Of a stretch of DNA of 48,696 bases, positions 11,935 to 23,191 are shown piece after piece. A program made the translations under genes and the position numbers. This stretch comes from Octopus sinensis. Its lineage: Eukaryota. The notes under the pieces were generated by a model that saw only the letters and a program-made list of their open reading frames with translations, was not told where the DNA came from and made no database searches. Location of the stretch: assembly GCF_006345805.1 (NCBI RefSeq), contig NW_021836819.1, positions 1 to 48,696 of the forward strand. Direction: 5' to 3'. Every line of letters starts with the position of its first letter. Positions within the stretch are counted from its first letter, which is position 1.

Positions 11935-12094
11935 ATTTACTTATACTACACAAATTACTGCACATTAACCCGGAGTTTCTACCTTTGAATAGGCCGCTTC
12001 ATCCGTGTTACTTGCGTAAATTTTGCTACCCTAGTAACTGTTTATTGAATTTTCCATGTTAACGGTAAACAAAGGATAATTCATTCATCCATTT

Positions 12095-12169
<75 letters not shown>

Positions 12170-12460
12170 ATATACACACATTATATAACATGCATACTTA
12201 TATACTTCGTTTTTGTATTTGGTTTGCATGATTCTTGATATGAATTCGTGTGTTGAAACAGATCGTGTATCTTGGCAGGGTGATTATAATAAACACATAC
12301 ACTAGTTTTATATCATTTCTTTATTGTTAGTCAAACAGTTAAATATCTACCAACTAATCAATCGGTCGTTTTTTTAATGTGTTGGTCAAACAATCAATCG
12401 GTCGTTTGTTTCTCAAAATTCTTTCATAAACTCCGAGTTAATGTGCAGTAATTTGTGAAG

Positions 12461-12775
12461 TATAAGTAAATAAATGGAGTTGAACGCAGATGGTATTAAC
12501 TTTTTTTTTTACTTTCGAAATATGTTTCGAAGACAACATTGGTTTTATTCCAAAGGAATAAACGGTGTAAAATGCAATCTTCTCATCATTTATGCAACCA
12601 TCGTAATTGTTATAATGTCTTGTTGTTGAGATAGGCTCTCTTTCTTTCCTAATGAGAAGATTGCATTTTACACCGTTTATTGCTTTGGAATAAAACCAAT
12701 GTTGTCTTCGAAACATATGTCGAAAGTAAAAGAATTTTAATAACATCTGCGTTCAACTCCATTTATTTACTTATA
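12461..12775. repeat. Long inverted repeat (arms 12461-12588 and 12650-12775) made of two hammerhead-bearing units
   Basis: The ~125 bp arms are near-perfect reverse complements around a ~60 bp spacer, with a TA tract at the right end. Confidence 0.9.
12644..12726 (+). ncRNA. Type I hammerhead ribozyme motif (G5A-mutated copy)
   Basis: Stem I CUUUC/GAAAG; core CUAAUGA (the other arm keeps UGAUGA); stem II GAAGAU/GUCUUC; GAAA; palindromic CAUAUG; GUC triplet ending 12721. Confidence 0.7.
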
Positions 12776-13105
12776 TATATATATGTATATATATAGTATA
12801 ACACCTACGCTAATTCTATAAACAAGCCTGTCAATATAAATATTCTCCTGAATTGAACTGAGACTGCTAGCCGCCACTGACCATTCAAAATACGACCATC
12901 AGGGCACTCCCAGATTCTCCCACCCCCCTTTCCTCACCAGCCTTCTTCCTCTACTACCCTCCCAAGAACTCACAACGACCTCCAACACTCAAGTGCAAAC
13001 AAGGGAGTCAGAGAAAGGCAGAATGCCACTTAAATCTGAACACTACTATAGAATATTCTTTTAAAAAAACTTTTCTTCTAATTTTTCTAAATTTATTATT
13101 TAATC

Positions 13106-13151
13106 GTTACAGTTGAAAAGGTCTCAAAATGACCGAAACCGGTACTGAAAT
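13106..13151 (+). ncRNA. Minimal type I hammerhead motif with U3-A8 covariation
   Basis: CAG / UUGAAAA / GGUC-UCAAAAU-GACC / GAAA-CCGG-UA / CUG, with a predicted cleavage site after 13144. Confidence 0.65.
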
Positions 13152-13196
13152 GTTCACTATAAAATTATTTTAGCATTTTCTATTTTTGACTTGTTT

Positions 13197-13256
<60 letters not shown>

Positions 13257-13715
13257 ACATATATATGTACATATATATATATAATATATGTGTGTGTATG
13301 TGTGTATGTGTGGAAGTGTAATTGTGGGTAATGTATATGTATATCTCTATATATGATGTATATGCATACATAATGTACGTATATATATGTATATATGCGC
13401 GCGCATACAAAAAATACATTATTCCGATCATACGCCATCTCGTATGAAGCATTTAGGGGGAGAGAGAGAGATGTACATGTATATATATATATATATGTGT
13501 GTGGGGGGGTGAGTGTGTGTGTGTATGTAAATATAGAAACAAATACACACAGGCATTATATATATATACTTTAGCGTATAAGTAGATATGTTTTTAAGTC
13601 AACACTAGTTAAGTACCGTAGTACTAAATGTATTTCCATTAAAGTTATTTACTCATTGAAATATCAACAAAATACTTTACAATTACATATATAAAAAAAC
13701 ATACATAAGTGTGTT

Positions 13716-13767
<52 letters not shown>

Positions 13768-13774
13768 TAGATAT

Positions 13775-13832
<58 letters not shown>

Positions 13833-13923
13833 CGATAGATAGATAGATGATATAGATTATATATATAATATATATATATGTGTGTGTTATTTAGATATAA
13901 ATATATATGTATATATGTGATAT

Positions 13924-13963
<40 letters not shown>

Positions 13964-14022
13964 GCGAAGAGTGCACTGCCTTGAATGTAATGATATATGA
14001 ATAATATATGGCGTATATATAT

Positions 14023-14060
<38 letters not shown>

Positions 14061-14432
14061 CATGTGTGTGTGTTTGTGTTTGTGCACGCGCGTGTAACAG
14101 GTAAAGAGAACGACAGGGAAGAAGGGGTGTGAGAGAGAGAAAGAGAGAGATCCTCATTATAAAGACGGTTAATTCAACATAAACGGCTTCGGGAATTGTA
14201 GAGGAAATCAGAAGACATAGAAAAAGGATGTAGTTAAATGCAGTGTGGATTATGTTAGATACAGAAGACGTTTGTGAATTTCTGTTTCAGTTGTCGTTGC
14301 TGTTGTTACTGTTATTGTTGTTGTCGTTGTTGTTGTTGTTGTGTTGCTTAGTATTACTTGGCGAGCGACGATCGAGTGTTCTAACCATGATCATTCCACC
14401 TTTTGTGAAATAAGATGTTACTCCCACGGGGA

Positions 14433-15245
14433 AGGCGCCGAGCTGGCAGAGACGTTAGCACGCCGGGCGAAATGCGTAGCCGTATTTCGTCTGCCGTTAC
14501 GTTCTGAGTTCAAATTCCGCTGAGGTCGACTTTGCCTTTCATCCTTTCGGGGTCGATTAAAATAAGTACCAGTTACGCACTGGGGTCGATGTAATCGACT
14601 TAATCCGTTTTGTCTGTCCTTGTTTGTCCTTTCTGTGTTAGCCCTTGTGGGTAGTATAAAAGAATAGGTATTTCGTCTGCTGTTACGTTCTGAGTTCAAA
14701 TTCCGCCGAGGTCGACTTTGCCTTTCATCCTTTCGGGGTCGATTAAAATAAGTACCAGTTACGCACTGGGGTCGATGTAATCGACTTAATCCGTTTTGTC
14801 TGTCCTTGTTTGTCCTTTCTGTGTTTAGCCCCTTGTGGGTAATAAAGAAATAGGTATTTCGTCTGCTGTTACGTTCTGAGTTCAAATTCCGCCGAGGTCG
14901 ACTTTGCCTTTCATCCTTTCGGGGTCGATTAAATAAGTACCAGTTATGCACTGGGGTCGATGTAATCGACTTAATCCGTTTGTCTGTTCTTGTTTGTCTC
15001 CTCTATATTTAGCTCCTTGTGGGCAATAAAGAAATAAGAAACATTCGCACGCTGGGCGAAATGCTTAGTAGTATTTCGTCTGTCTACGTTCTGAGTTCAA
15101 ATTCCGCCAAGGTTGACTTTGCCTTTCATCCTTTCGGGGGTCGATAAATTAAGTACCCGTTGCGTACTGAGGTCGATATAATCGACCACCCCCTCCCCAA
15201 AAATTTCGGGCCTTGTGCCTAGAGTCGAAAGCAAAAGAATGTTAC
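14433..15245 (+). mobile_element. SINE-A multimer: head, three ~186 bp beta-tail units, then one alpha-tail unit
   Basis: Junction ...aataGGTATTTCgtctg at ~14667 and ~14853. The fourth unit joins at ~15040 and ends in the ccccaaaaatttcgggccttgtgcc (alpha) tail. Confidence 0.9.
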
Positions 15246-15552
15246 TGCCGCGGAATATAACATGGGCAATTTTTTTTGGTTTTTTGTCATGCGAGCCGCA
15301 TGAGACGTGGTTAATCATCAGACAAACCGCACTACTGAACAAATTCAATTTAATATTCTGTTAGATGTAGTACGCCGGACAAAATGTCATGCGGTACTTC
15401 TAGTTCTTTGAGTTATGTTTACACCCCTTCGAGGTCAATAAAATAAAGTGCCAGCCAAATACTGGGAACGATGACATTGACTCACCCACTTCCCAAAATT
15501 GTTGCCTTGTTCCTAAACTAGGCGTATTTGAAATATGCTAAATATATTTAGT

Positions 15553-15866
15553 GTGAAGGCGCAATGGCCCAGTGGTTAGGGCAGCGGACTCGCGGTCGGA
15601 GGATCTCGGTTTCGATTCCCAGACCGGGCGTTATGTGTGTTTATTGAGCGAAAACACCTAAAGCTCCACGAGGCTCCGGCAGGGGATGGTGGCGACTCCT
15701 GTTGTACTCTTTCGCCCCAACTTTCTCTCACTCTTTCTTCCTGTTTCTTGAGTAACGTTGCGATGGACTGGCGTCCCGTCCAGATGGCGGGGGGAACACA
15801 TACGCCATAGAAACCGAGAAACCGGGCCCATGAGTCTGGCTAGGCTTGAAAAGGGCGCATTAAAAA
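15553..15866 (+). mobile_element. SINE-D with tail 1
   Basis: tRNA-like head ggcgcaatggcccagtggttagggc...ggtttcgattccc shared with 32461-32850, 36941-37342 and 37589-37978, but with a different 3' part. Confidence 0.85.
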
Positions 15867-16005
15867 ATATGTTTAGCATATTTTCTAATTAGTATATTTT
15901 AAATATGCTAATTAATTCTACAAGCCGATTTGAAATTAGTACTGTATATCTACATAGCGATAATCTCATTTCTACTTTCCCAAATATGGTAAAGTGCACG
16001 ATTCA

Positions 16006-16049
16006 TTCTTTGTTGAAGGGCTCTAATAAGCCGAAACAATTACAAAGAA
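16006..16049 (+). ncRNA. Degenerate hammerhead-like motif
   Basis: Stem I UUCUUUG/CAAAGAA; core UUGAAG (one nucleotide short); stem II GGCU/AGCC; GAAA; damaged stem III (CAAUUA). Confidence 0.4.
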
Positions 16050-16419
16050 GTCTCCCATGCTTGTCGAAATTATTTTTTTAATATTTAGCATTGAGCTAAT
16101 GTTTTTTCTTCCTGAAATAACGATTTCTAATTAGGTATCTATAGCTCAATAGATTAAATATGATGAAACTAACTTGATTTTTACAACGTTTTGTTAGCAA
16201 CCCTGATTTATCGTTTTAAATATATTTTAATTTCTCGCACTTACTGCCATACAACATTGTACTGCTACTTATTTTCTTGTCAATCGTTCACACTAAGTAG
16301 GTCGACGTTTAGTTCTTTGGCTCCGTGTGTGTGTGTGCGTGTGTTTGTGCATGTATGTATATATGTATGCCTTCTTACAATCCGGCCAAATATTCAGTTT
16401 CGTCTCAACACATACTAAG

Positions 16420-16749
16420 TCGTTTTCTAATGAGCAGTGATAAGACTTCAGGAAAATAAGTGCAAGAACATGCTCGGCGCTTTAATGCACCAACAGGATC
16501 TGAAGATGCAATTTTAATGTCAAAAATGAGCCTACAGGAAATAGAGATACTATTCTTCAATTGAAACAACGTGTATATTGATAATTTCAGAGTTACATCG
16601 ATCCTATGATCCTTTGATGTATCCACTCAAAATATATTTGCAAGGGAGAAATTACCAGCAAGGAACAGTGAAATATCCTGATTGGAGGATTTCGCGACTC
16701 ACCAATTATGCTACTTAATCCCGAGCAACGCCGGTGGTATGCCTGATAG
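16420..16749 (+). mobile_element. Internally deleted Helitron relic
   Basis: Frames give HARRFNAPT, GNRDTIL and ISELHRSYDPLMYPL (Helitron Rep-region motifs). A cccgagcaacgccgg..gatag|t end follows, resembling the 3' hairpin plus CTAG terminus. Confidence 0.7.
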
Positions 16750-16840
16750 TTTATATATATAATTAAAACTTAGGTATACACTCGATCACGCTCACCACAC
16801 AGGCACATGCAAACGTGCACACACACACACGCATATAGAT

Positions 16841-17207
16841 ATCACTTTGATCACTTTGACCGACCAGTCCGTCAGGCGTCCATTTGACACCGCTGGTCAC
16901 AGCACGCTGTCCACTCCTCTCTGGATCGCGACTTTCTCATCCACTTGATCCCAATCGTCCTCCTGAAATCGTAATTCCACGTCGTGGAGGTCTTCCGGTG
17001 GTCTTTTCCGCTCACGCGGGTACCACTCGACAACTGCGTGCGTCCACCGATATCGGTTGAGCCGGGCGACGTGTCCAGCCATCTATACTTGCTGCGTGTA
17101 TACTCTGCGATGACATCTCTCACGCCGGACTTCTTTCTGATGATCTTGCTACTTATGTGCTCTCTCAATGAGATACCAAGCATTGACTTTTCCATGGCTC
17201 TTTGAGC
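16841..17207 (-). mobile_element. 3' end of a second RTE-family LINE
   Basis: QRAMEKSMLGISLREHI, AGHVAR and WYPRERKRP motifs; 3' tail (CAAAGTGAT)2. Confidence 0.85.
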
Positions 17208-17330
17208 CGTTTACCAGGAGAAGAGCAAAGACTGATATATAGATATATGCTTCACAAATTCAAATCCAGCCTAGAGAATTAGGAAACGATATTTAGAAAA
17301 CTAACCATAGATTTTGTTTCCTGTTTTATA

Positions 17331-17396
<66 letters not shown>

Positions 17397-17407
17397 TGTA
17401 TATATAT

Positions 17408-17811
17408 CTTCTTTTACTTGTTTCAGTCATTTGACTGCGGCCATGCTGGAGCACCGCCTTTAGTCGAGCAAATCGACCCCAGAGCTTATTCTTTGCAAAC
17501 CTAGTACTTAATCTATCGGTCTTTTTTGCAGAACTGCTAAGTTACGGGGACGTAAACGCACCAACATCGGTTATCAAATGATGTTGGGGGACAAACACAG
17601 ACACAAACATATAAACACACACACACAAAGGCGCACATATATATATATGACTGGCTTCTTTCAGTTTCCGCCTACCAAATCCACTCACAAGTCTTTGGTC
17701 GGCTCGAGGCTTTAGTAGAAGACACTCGCCCAAGGTGCCACGCAGTGGGACTGAACAATGGGATCATGTGGCTGGTAAGCAAGCTACTTACCACACAGCT
17801 ACTCCTATGCC
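17408..17811 (-). mobile_element. SINE-B
   Basis: Reverse complement of gtggtaag..gggttcagtcccactgcgtggcaccttgggc...gcatggccgcagtcaaatgactgaaacaagtaaaag. Confidence 0.9.
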
Positions 17812-18748
17812 ATATATATATATAGAGAGAGAGACAGACAGACAGACAGATTAATTGCTGGTCGGGAAACCGTATTTCGTTATGCAACCGTTTACTACGA
17901 AGTATATTAAAGGCTTGTAAGAGATATAGATATATATTGATAGAGACAGATATGCAATTTCTAACGGATTTCTTAAACAGTTCTTTGATATCTTTATTTT
18001 CTCTTTCCGAATCTAAAAGAGAAATATCATTAATTCTGCTACTTTACAATATTTGTCAAAACCTAACGTATTTTATTGATAATGATATCTTATCTATAAA
18101 AGATGGGTCTCCGCTCGCCGACAGCTTTCCGCAAAATCTTCGGCACCGTCTTAAAGTTCGGCTTCTCCATTTCATTAATAACGTGAAAAGCAATTATTTC
18201 AGAAAGTATTTATATTCACTTCAATGATAATTCTAGACGTGTGAAGTACTGCAACAATAATAAATTTTCATGTCAAACCTTCCCTCCGTTTCTTTCCCAT
18301 CCATCCAAATATTTTTCCTTATCTTCATCCTTGGAATAAACAAATAAATGTGTTCATTGCACGCTTTGATATGTAATTAAAACTAATTACACATGGCTGA
18401 AAAAAAATGTTTTGTTTCTTTGTTTAACGGAGGAGAAAAGAAAAACCATGTTTAGAGAAGTTATTAAAAGTTTGTGTGCCGTGAGGCAAAGTGAGTTATA
18501 GCGAAAATACGGAAAAAATAGTGCATTAATAAGTTAACATGTCAAGACTACTTCTTCCCCCAAAAATAACTGACATAATTATTTTCTTATCTTCGTCCCT
18601 ACAATCCAAATAAAAGCTTGCTCGCTGTGACATGTAATTAAAACGAATACACCAGTGAAATAAACATGACAATGTCAGACCTTAAAACACACAGCAGCAA
18701 AAACAAAATCACGAAATAACATGTTTACACGAATTATTGATATAATAG

Positions 18749-18937
18749 AGGCGCAGGACGTGGCTGCGTGGTAAGAAACTTGCTTCCCAACCAGATAGTT
18801 CTAGGTTCAGTCACACTGCGTGGCACCCTGGGCAAGTGTCTTCTACTGTAGCCTCGGGCTGACCAAAGTCTTGTCACTGGATTTGGTAGACGGAAACTGA
18901 AAGAAGCCCGTCGTATATATATATATATATATATATA

Positions 18938-18979
<42 letters not shown>

Positions 18980-19173
18980 GGTCCCGGTTGATTCGGGGTT
19001 AACCACAGTAAATAAGGTACTAATACATAGCAGAGTAATTATAATGTTTTTCATAGAGGAGCTTCTACAGGACTAGAACTGTTTCATTCAAAAGAAATCA
19101 TCAGGAAGCTCATGATGATTTCTTTTGAATGAAACAGTTCTAGTCTGTAGAAGCTCCTTCTATAATATATATA

Positions 19174-19218
<45 letters not shown>

Positions 19219-19390
19219 GCAATCTCAAGATTAATCAGCCGAAATTGCGAGGATGATCCGGTTCTTGATGAGGATAGAAAGCTTCGAATGACCTGTCCTT
19301 GTTTTCTTGTATCGCCTATTGGATGTTTTGTTGTCCCTTTTTGTATCATCTAGTTGTCCGGACGTTTTGCGTTCTTGTCCCATTTTGTAT

Positions 19391-19432
<42 letters not shown>

Positions 19433-19670
19433 GTGTGTGTGTGTGGTGTGTGTGTGTGTGTGTGTTTGTCTCCCACCGCCGCCATCACTTGGCAAACGAT
19501 GCTGGTGTGTTTATGTCCCTGTAGCTTAGCGGTTCGGCAAAAGAGACCGATACAATAAGTACTAGGCTTATAAAGATTAAGTCTTGGTGGATCGCTTTCT
19601 TCGACTAAAACCCTTTAAGGCGGTGCTCCAGCATGGCCGCAGTCAAATGACTGAAACAAGTAAAAGAATA
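18749..19670 (+). mobile_element. SINE-B whose internal (TA)/(TG) tract hosts nested insertions (~18977-19390)
   Basis: 5' half at 18749-18915 and 3' half at ~19460-19670 are colinear with the other SINE-B copies. Confidence 0.85.
19059..19111 (-). ncRNA. Type I hammerhead ribozyme motif with intact catalytic core
   Basis: Minus strand reads GAGCUUC CUGAUGA UUUC-UUUU-GAAU GAAA CAG-UUCUAGUC-CUG UA GAAGCUC: 7 bp stem I, canonical core and a GUA triplet. Only the 10.1/11.1 pair is non-canonical (U-U). Confidence 0.75.
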
Positions 19671-19999
19671 GAAAAATTAGTCGGAGTCACAGCACAACTG
19701 TTCACATCGCGGCTCCGGTTAGAAATTTTCTGTACGTTTTACTAATATTTTGATGAGGGCAACAGCATCAAACTCCTTCATTCAACCAAATGCCACACAT
19801 CAGGGGAGGTTTCAATAATGGTGCAGCACACCCAACGGTGGTGCCCCAGCATGACCGCAACTTTAAAGCTGAAACACCTTAAAGAATTGCTTTTTCTTTT
19901 GCAAACAACAGTCTCGGATTCCTGAAATCCTTTGCTGTAGTTCAGACTCGGTCTTTTCAACCGACGCTATGCTGCCGCAAAAATGTTTATTCTTTTATT

Positions 20000-20730
20000 G
20001 TCTTATTCGTTTCAGTGATTTGATTGCGGCCATGCTGGAGCACCACCTTTAGTCGAGCACATCGATCGCAGGGACTTACTCTTTGTAAGCCTTGTACTTA
20101 TTCTATCGGTCTCTTTTGCCGAACCGCTAAGTTAAGGGGACGTAAACACACCGACATCGGTTGACAAGCGATGATGGGGGGACAAACGCGGACACACAAA
20201 CATATATATGTATATATATATATTATATATTATATATTATATATATATATATATTATATATATATATATACGACCGGCTTCTTTCAATTTCCGTCAACCA
20301 AAGCCACTCAGAAGCCTTGGTCGGCCCGAGGCTATAGTAGAAGTCACATGCGCAAGGTGCTACGCAGTGGGACTGAACCCGGAACCTTATGATTCCGAAG
20401 CAAGCTTCTTACCACACATGCACGTACATTCTTTTAATAGTTGATTATTGTGTATTGAAAGTCTCGTTAGTTGCTATGGTAACAACATTGTACCTTTTCT
20501 CTCTTTCACACACACACACGCACATTTTTTCATCTTATCTATTTACACGTTTCAGTTATTGGACTGCGGCTATGCTGTAGCATCGCCCTGATACAGTTTA
20601 ATCGAACACATCAGTACTTATTTTTTTTAAGTCTGGCACTCATTCTATCGGTCTCTTCTCCCGAACTGCTAAGTTACGAGGACGTAGACAAATCAACACC
20701 GGTTATTAAGTGGCGGTGAAGAACAAACAC
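20000..20730 (-). mobile_element. Two SINE-B copies (20000-20420 near full length; 20550-20730 3' half)
   Basis: Reverse-complement match to SINE-B. Confidence 0.8.
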
Positions 20731-20747
20731 AACATATATTTTTTTGT

Positions 20748-20972
20748 TCCCCACAGGGGGCTAAATACAGAGGGGGGACAACCAAGGACAGACAAAGGGA
20801 TTACGACGATTACATCGACCCCAGTGTGTAACTGGTAGTTATCTAATCGACCCCCCAAAGGATGAAAGGCAAGGTTGGCCTCGGCGGAATTTGAACTCAG
20901 GACATAACGACAGACGAAATACTGCTAGGCATTTCGCCCGGCGTGCTAACGGTTCTGCCAGCTCACCGCCCT
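20748..20972 (-). mobile_element. SINE-A, beta tail
   Basis: Reverse complement of the SINE-A head and core, ending tagccccctgtggggaacaaaaaaa. Confidence 0.88.
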
Positions 20973-21002
20973 AGACGCAATCACACATGCACAAGCACAC
21001 AA

Positions 21003-21048
<46 letters not shown>

Positions 21049-21095
21049 GCGCGCGCGTGTGTGTGTGTGAAGATTATATATATATATATATATAT

Positions 21096-21440
21096 TGTTG
21101 GCATCCTTTTGTCTCGGGAGACAATGGAGTTGCGCATAAACTACTCCAGTCTGGTTTTTACATTTCATGTCCTCTCTAGTTTCCTCTCCAGTTTTGAGCA
21201 GGCCTGGGCTAGATATAAGAAAATCCTGGGTTGCCCAGAATTCCTCTATCGACCTTGCTGACGTAGTCTAAAGGTGTTTGGCACCAGCTTGGTTGCAGGA
21301 GCTGCCGGAAGAGTGTCAAGTCGAACACTAAACCACCTAGGGGGCTCCACTCTGGATTTCTTTGAAGGTTGTCCCATACCGAGTACTCTCAACCGGAGCC
21401 AGCTGAGCCCGGGTCTTGTATCAGGCAGGGTCGTCACTCC
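21096..21440 (+). mobile_element. Probable RTE-type 5'UTR relic
   Basis: ttgttggcatcc..gtctcgggagacaatggagttgcgc and gagctgccggaag..ctaaaccacctagggggctccactc resemble RTE leader sequences; recognised from memory, not searched. Confidence 0.5.
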
Positions 21441-21650
21441 CTGAAGTAGTGAAGAAAATCGCTATCCACTACCTATATATATATAAGTAAAGGTAAGATC
21501 CAAGAATCAAAGTGTAGGAAGCTAGTAAACTTCCAGCAGTCCGTAGAAAGGTATAAAAAATAACTTTCATGAAGGGCTTCCACATTGTCTCCGTCTAATA
21601 CATTTACTCACAAAGTACCTGTTGGACTAGGGTTATAGTAGATGACACTT

Positions 21651-22064
21651 ATTTCTTTATTACCCACAAGGGGCTTAAGATAGAGGGAACAAACAAGGAC
21701 AGACAAAGGGATTAATTCGATTAAATCGACCCCAATGCGTAACTGGTACTTAATTTATCAACCCCGAAAGGATGAAACGCAAAGTCGACCTCGGCGGAAT
21801 TTGAACTCAGAACGTAGCGACAGACGAAATACCTATTTCTTTACTACCCACAATGGGCTAAACACAGAGAGGACAAACAAAGACAGACAAACGGATTAAG
21901 TCGATTATATCGACCCCAGTGCGTAACTGGTACTTATTTAATCGACCCCGAAATGATGAAAGGCAAAGTCGACCTCGGCGGAATTTGAACTCAGAACATA
22001 GCGGCAGACGAAATACCGCTAAGCATTTCGCCCGGCATTCTAACGTTTCTGCGAGTTCGCCGAC
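21651..22064 (-). mobile_element. SINE-A dimer (head plus two beta units) inserted into an older SINE-B
   Basis: Internal junction gacgaaatacctatttc at ~21823-21839; ATAGTAGATGACA duplicated at 21635-21647 and 22071-22083. Confidence 0.85.
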
Positions 22065-22414
22065 TTAAAAATAGTAGATGACATTTGCCCGAGTTCCCGC
22101 CCAGTTGGTCTGAACCGAAACCGCATACCTATACCTGCGCCTTAGTAACAACTTTGAAGAAAGTTTCGTAAGCCAGTACCATCAAATACAATACTTGAAT
22201 GGTACCATATTCTATCTCAGAATGCAAATTTTAACTGAGAACGTAAAGGAGCCGCGACAAATATCACAAAGCATTTTTTTTTCGAGGCTCTAAAGAGGCC
22301 AGTAATTTTGAAGCAAGTGGTGAAGCCGATACCATCGATCCACTATTTACCTGATACTTTATTTTATCGACCCTGTAAGGATGAAAGGCAAATCTGGCCT
22401 TAGCGGTATTTGAT

Positions 22415-22562
22415 ATGTGTGGCTTTGTGGTAAGAAATTTGCTTCCCAACCACATGGTTCTAGGTTCACTTCCACTGCGTGATTTTGGGCAAATGTCTTT
22501 TACTATAACCTCGGGCCGACCAAAACTTTGCGAGTGGTTTTGATAGACGGAAACTGAAAGAA

Positions 22563-22612
<50 letters not shown>

Positions 22613-22985
22613 GTGTGCGTGTCCGTGTGTCGTTTTGCCTGTGTTTCTCCCCCCACCCCACTTGACATCAAAGTGATGCAGGAGTACAAATATACAAAGC
22701 CCAATATACCCATCATGACTGCCCGTCTGATAAGAGTACACAAGATATATGCATCACAACCATATGTGCATGACATGGTGACCTCATGTCAAGATAAACC
22801 TCGCATTACCTTGCAGGTGGAACCCACTTAGAATTTTCTTCGGGTCGAGTATCTCATCCGCTCAATAGGTCCCTGAACAAAGCTTATTTGAGGATAATGA
22901 ACGAAACACTAAGGGATATGCTCAAGTAGTTATGGCCAAGCAACTGACAAACAAATCTGTGGTATTGATCAGAATATATGCTATA
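22415..22985 (+). mobile_element. SINE-B 5' half followed by an unassigned repeat-like segment
   Basis: 22415-22660 matches SINE-B; the rest is not alignable within this window. Confidence 0.55.
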
Positions 22986-23191
22986 ATGATAGTTTTGGTT
23001 CAGCAGCTCAGCGCTGAATCCGTTTGAAATGTAATGGAAAATTGGACAATTTCATGTCCGGGTCACAAAAGCAAAGTAAGGAGGAAATAGTAGTCATTTC
23101 CCTTGATTTCTAGATAGAAACAAATAGGAAATAACACTAACTGACCATAGACATTTTTTTTTATTTTGTTACAGTGTTACTTAAGAGCTGA

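Noticed and set aside
14433-15245. CRISPR-like regular repeats (also 31870-32449 and 3195-3478)
   Set aside because: There are no unique spacers or cas genes; these are SINE and UTR tandem units in a eukaryote.
19255-19305. uugauga-gg..uucgaaugaccuguc hammerhead-like string
   Set aside because: No stem I, and position 15.1 is not A.
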